From Octopus vulgaris (taxonomy: Eukaryota): a stretch of DNA of 64,000 nucleotides. The stretch covers positions 56,978,001 through 57,042,000 of the forward strand of contig OX597833.1 in NCBI GenBank assembly GCA_951406725.2, in the 5' to 3' direction. Of the stretch, positions 62,289 to 64,000 are shown piece after piece (the stretch's first letter is position 1; every line of letters starts with the position of its first letter). Both the position numbers and the translations under genes were made by a program. The notes below the pieces were generated by a model. It saw nothing but the letters and a program-made list of their open reading frames with translations. It made no database searches and was not told the DNA's origin.

Positions 62289-62979
62289 TATACTTTGGAT
62301 CATAGACAGGCCATTTGTATTGGAATTGGTCAGTTGTATTGGAACTAACTCGGTGCTAAATAGTAGCAGCAACAACAATAAGAAGAACCAAAATATTGCC
62401 ATTTCTTCAGTGTCTAATTATAGACATTAGAAAATTATGTCAGGGTTTATACCGAAGTCTTTCAAGAACAAATGTATTATTTGCGTTCACCAATCTTGCT
62501 TCTTTGACACAAATCTAATATTCTTCACTGCCAAATTAACAGTAAAAATGTGAGTGACCAAAATAGAATTTCCTAGGATGACTTTGCAGGAAGCCAGAAA
62601 CCATGAAAGTAACCTTTTTTTAATTATTTCAACTGTGGCAGAAGAAATTCTTTAAAGATTTAGAGAGAAAAAGGAAATTTTTCTGACGAAGGAAGCCGGA
62701 GAATCTTCTGCAGTATAGATTTCTAAGAATTATTGGTTAGATTCCAAAATAAAACGAAATTTAATCAAAATCAAAAGAAACACTTTACTGTCTTCCTGGA
62801 AGTCTTTGAGAGATTCTTCTGTGTATTTCCTCCTCCTCCTCCTCCTCCCCCCATCATCATCATCATCTAACGTCTATTTTCCATGCTGGCATGGGTTAGA
62901 TGATTTGACAGGAGCTAAGACTGGAGTTTCACTGTGTGGCTTGGCATGGTTTCTACAACTTGATGACCTTCCTCTCTCT

Positions 62980-63373
62980 CTTTTACTTGTTTCAGTCATT
63001 TGACTGCGGCCATGCTGCAGCACCACCTTTAGTCGAGCAAAGGGGCTTATTCTTTGTAAGCCCAGTACTTATTCTATCGGTCTCTTTTGCCGAGCCGCTA
63101 AGTGACGGGGACGTAAACACACCAGCATTGGTTGTCAAGCAATGCTAGAGGGACAAACACAGACAAACATATACACAAACACATATATATAAATATACAT
63201 ACATTTATACGACAGGCTTTTTTCAGTTTCTGTCTACCAAATCCACTCACAAGGCTTTGGTCGGCCCGGGGCTATGGTAGAAGACACTTGCCCAAGATGC
63301 CATGCAGTGGGAATGAACCCGGAACTATGTGGCTGGTAAGCAAGCTACTTACCACACAGCCACTCCTGCACCT
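62980..63373 (-). mobile_element. SINE family A
   Basis: Full-length copy. Confidence 0.9.
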
Positions 63374-63614
63374 ACTCCTAATGCCAACCACTTTACAGAA
63401 TGTACTGGGGTCTTTTTTACGTGGGCCCCAGCTCCAGTGCATGACAGTCTAGGCAAGAGTCTTCTGTTTGAAGTGATCAGTTACTATGTTAGAGTAATTT
63501 GACCTCGGTGGAATTTGAACTCAGATTGTAGCCACAGGCAAAATACCACTCAGCATTTCATCCAGCGTGCTACCAATTCTACCAGCTCACTGCCTTAATA
63601 ATAATAATAATAAT

Positions 63615-63790
63615 CACGTAAAAAGCACCCACTACACTCACAGAGTGGTTGGCGTTAGGAAGGGCATCCAGCTGTAGAAACACTGCCAGATCAGACTGGA
63701 GCCTGGTGCAGCCTTCTGGCTTCCCAGACCCCAGTTGAACCGTCCAACCCATGCTAGCATGGAAAACAGACGTTAAACTATGTTGATGAT
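63615..63790 (+). mobile_element. SINE family C tail
   Basis: Matches family C. Confidence 0.8.
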
Positions 63791-64000
63791 CAATAATAAT
63801 AATAAATGCCCTGATGCAGTACTAGGCAGTGTTGTTTGCATGTGTATGTGCTTATGTGTGTGTGTATGTGCATGTGTGCATGCATTTCTCTCTCTCAACC
63901 TCTCTCTCTGTGCAAGTGTGTGTGTGTGAGTGTGTGTGTGTGTGTATGTGTGTGTGTGTGCAAGTGTGCTTGTGTGAGTGTAACCTCGTCTTGACATCAT

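Overview
AT-rich, repeat-saturated animal (eukaryotic) genomic DNA. The SINE, LINE and microsatellite landscape looks like a coleoid cephalopod, probably an octopus; this is inference from the repeat types, not from a database match. Almost all ORFs in the supplied track are artefacts of microsatellites and SINEs. One real protein-coding gene can be assembled by hand: an 11-exon ZNHIT2 (zinc-finger HIT 2) on the + strand, 32837-52432, with 1227 nt of CDS (408 aa), all GT-AG introns and consistent phases. A damaged tRNA-Asn(GTT) lies in its first intron. The rest comprises at least four SINE families, fragments of CR1, RTE, Tx1/L1, R4-type and Penelope-like retroelements, mariner relics, piggyBac-type (TTAA) MITEs, and GG-terminated MITEs with 8-bp TSDs, some carrying telomere-like (TTAGGG)n. 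The most notable non-coding signals are: an apparently intact hammerhead ribozyme with a long stem II (59694-59784, minus strand) plus several degenerate relatives; a tandem array in which every unit keeps a TTC-N3-GAA (STAT-type) site overlapping kB-like motifs; a ~380-bp inverted duplication bracketing most of ZNHIT2; and SINE concatemers sharing one recurring junction. There is no CRISPR array or prokaryotic system.
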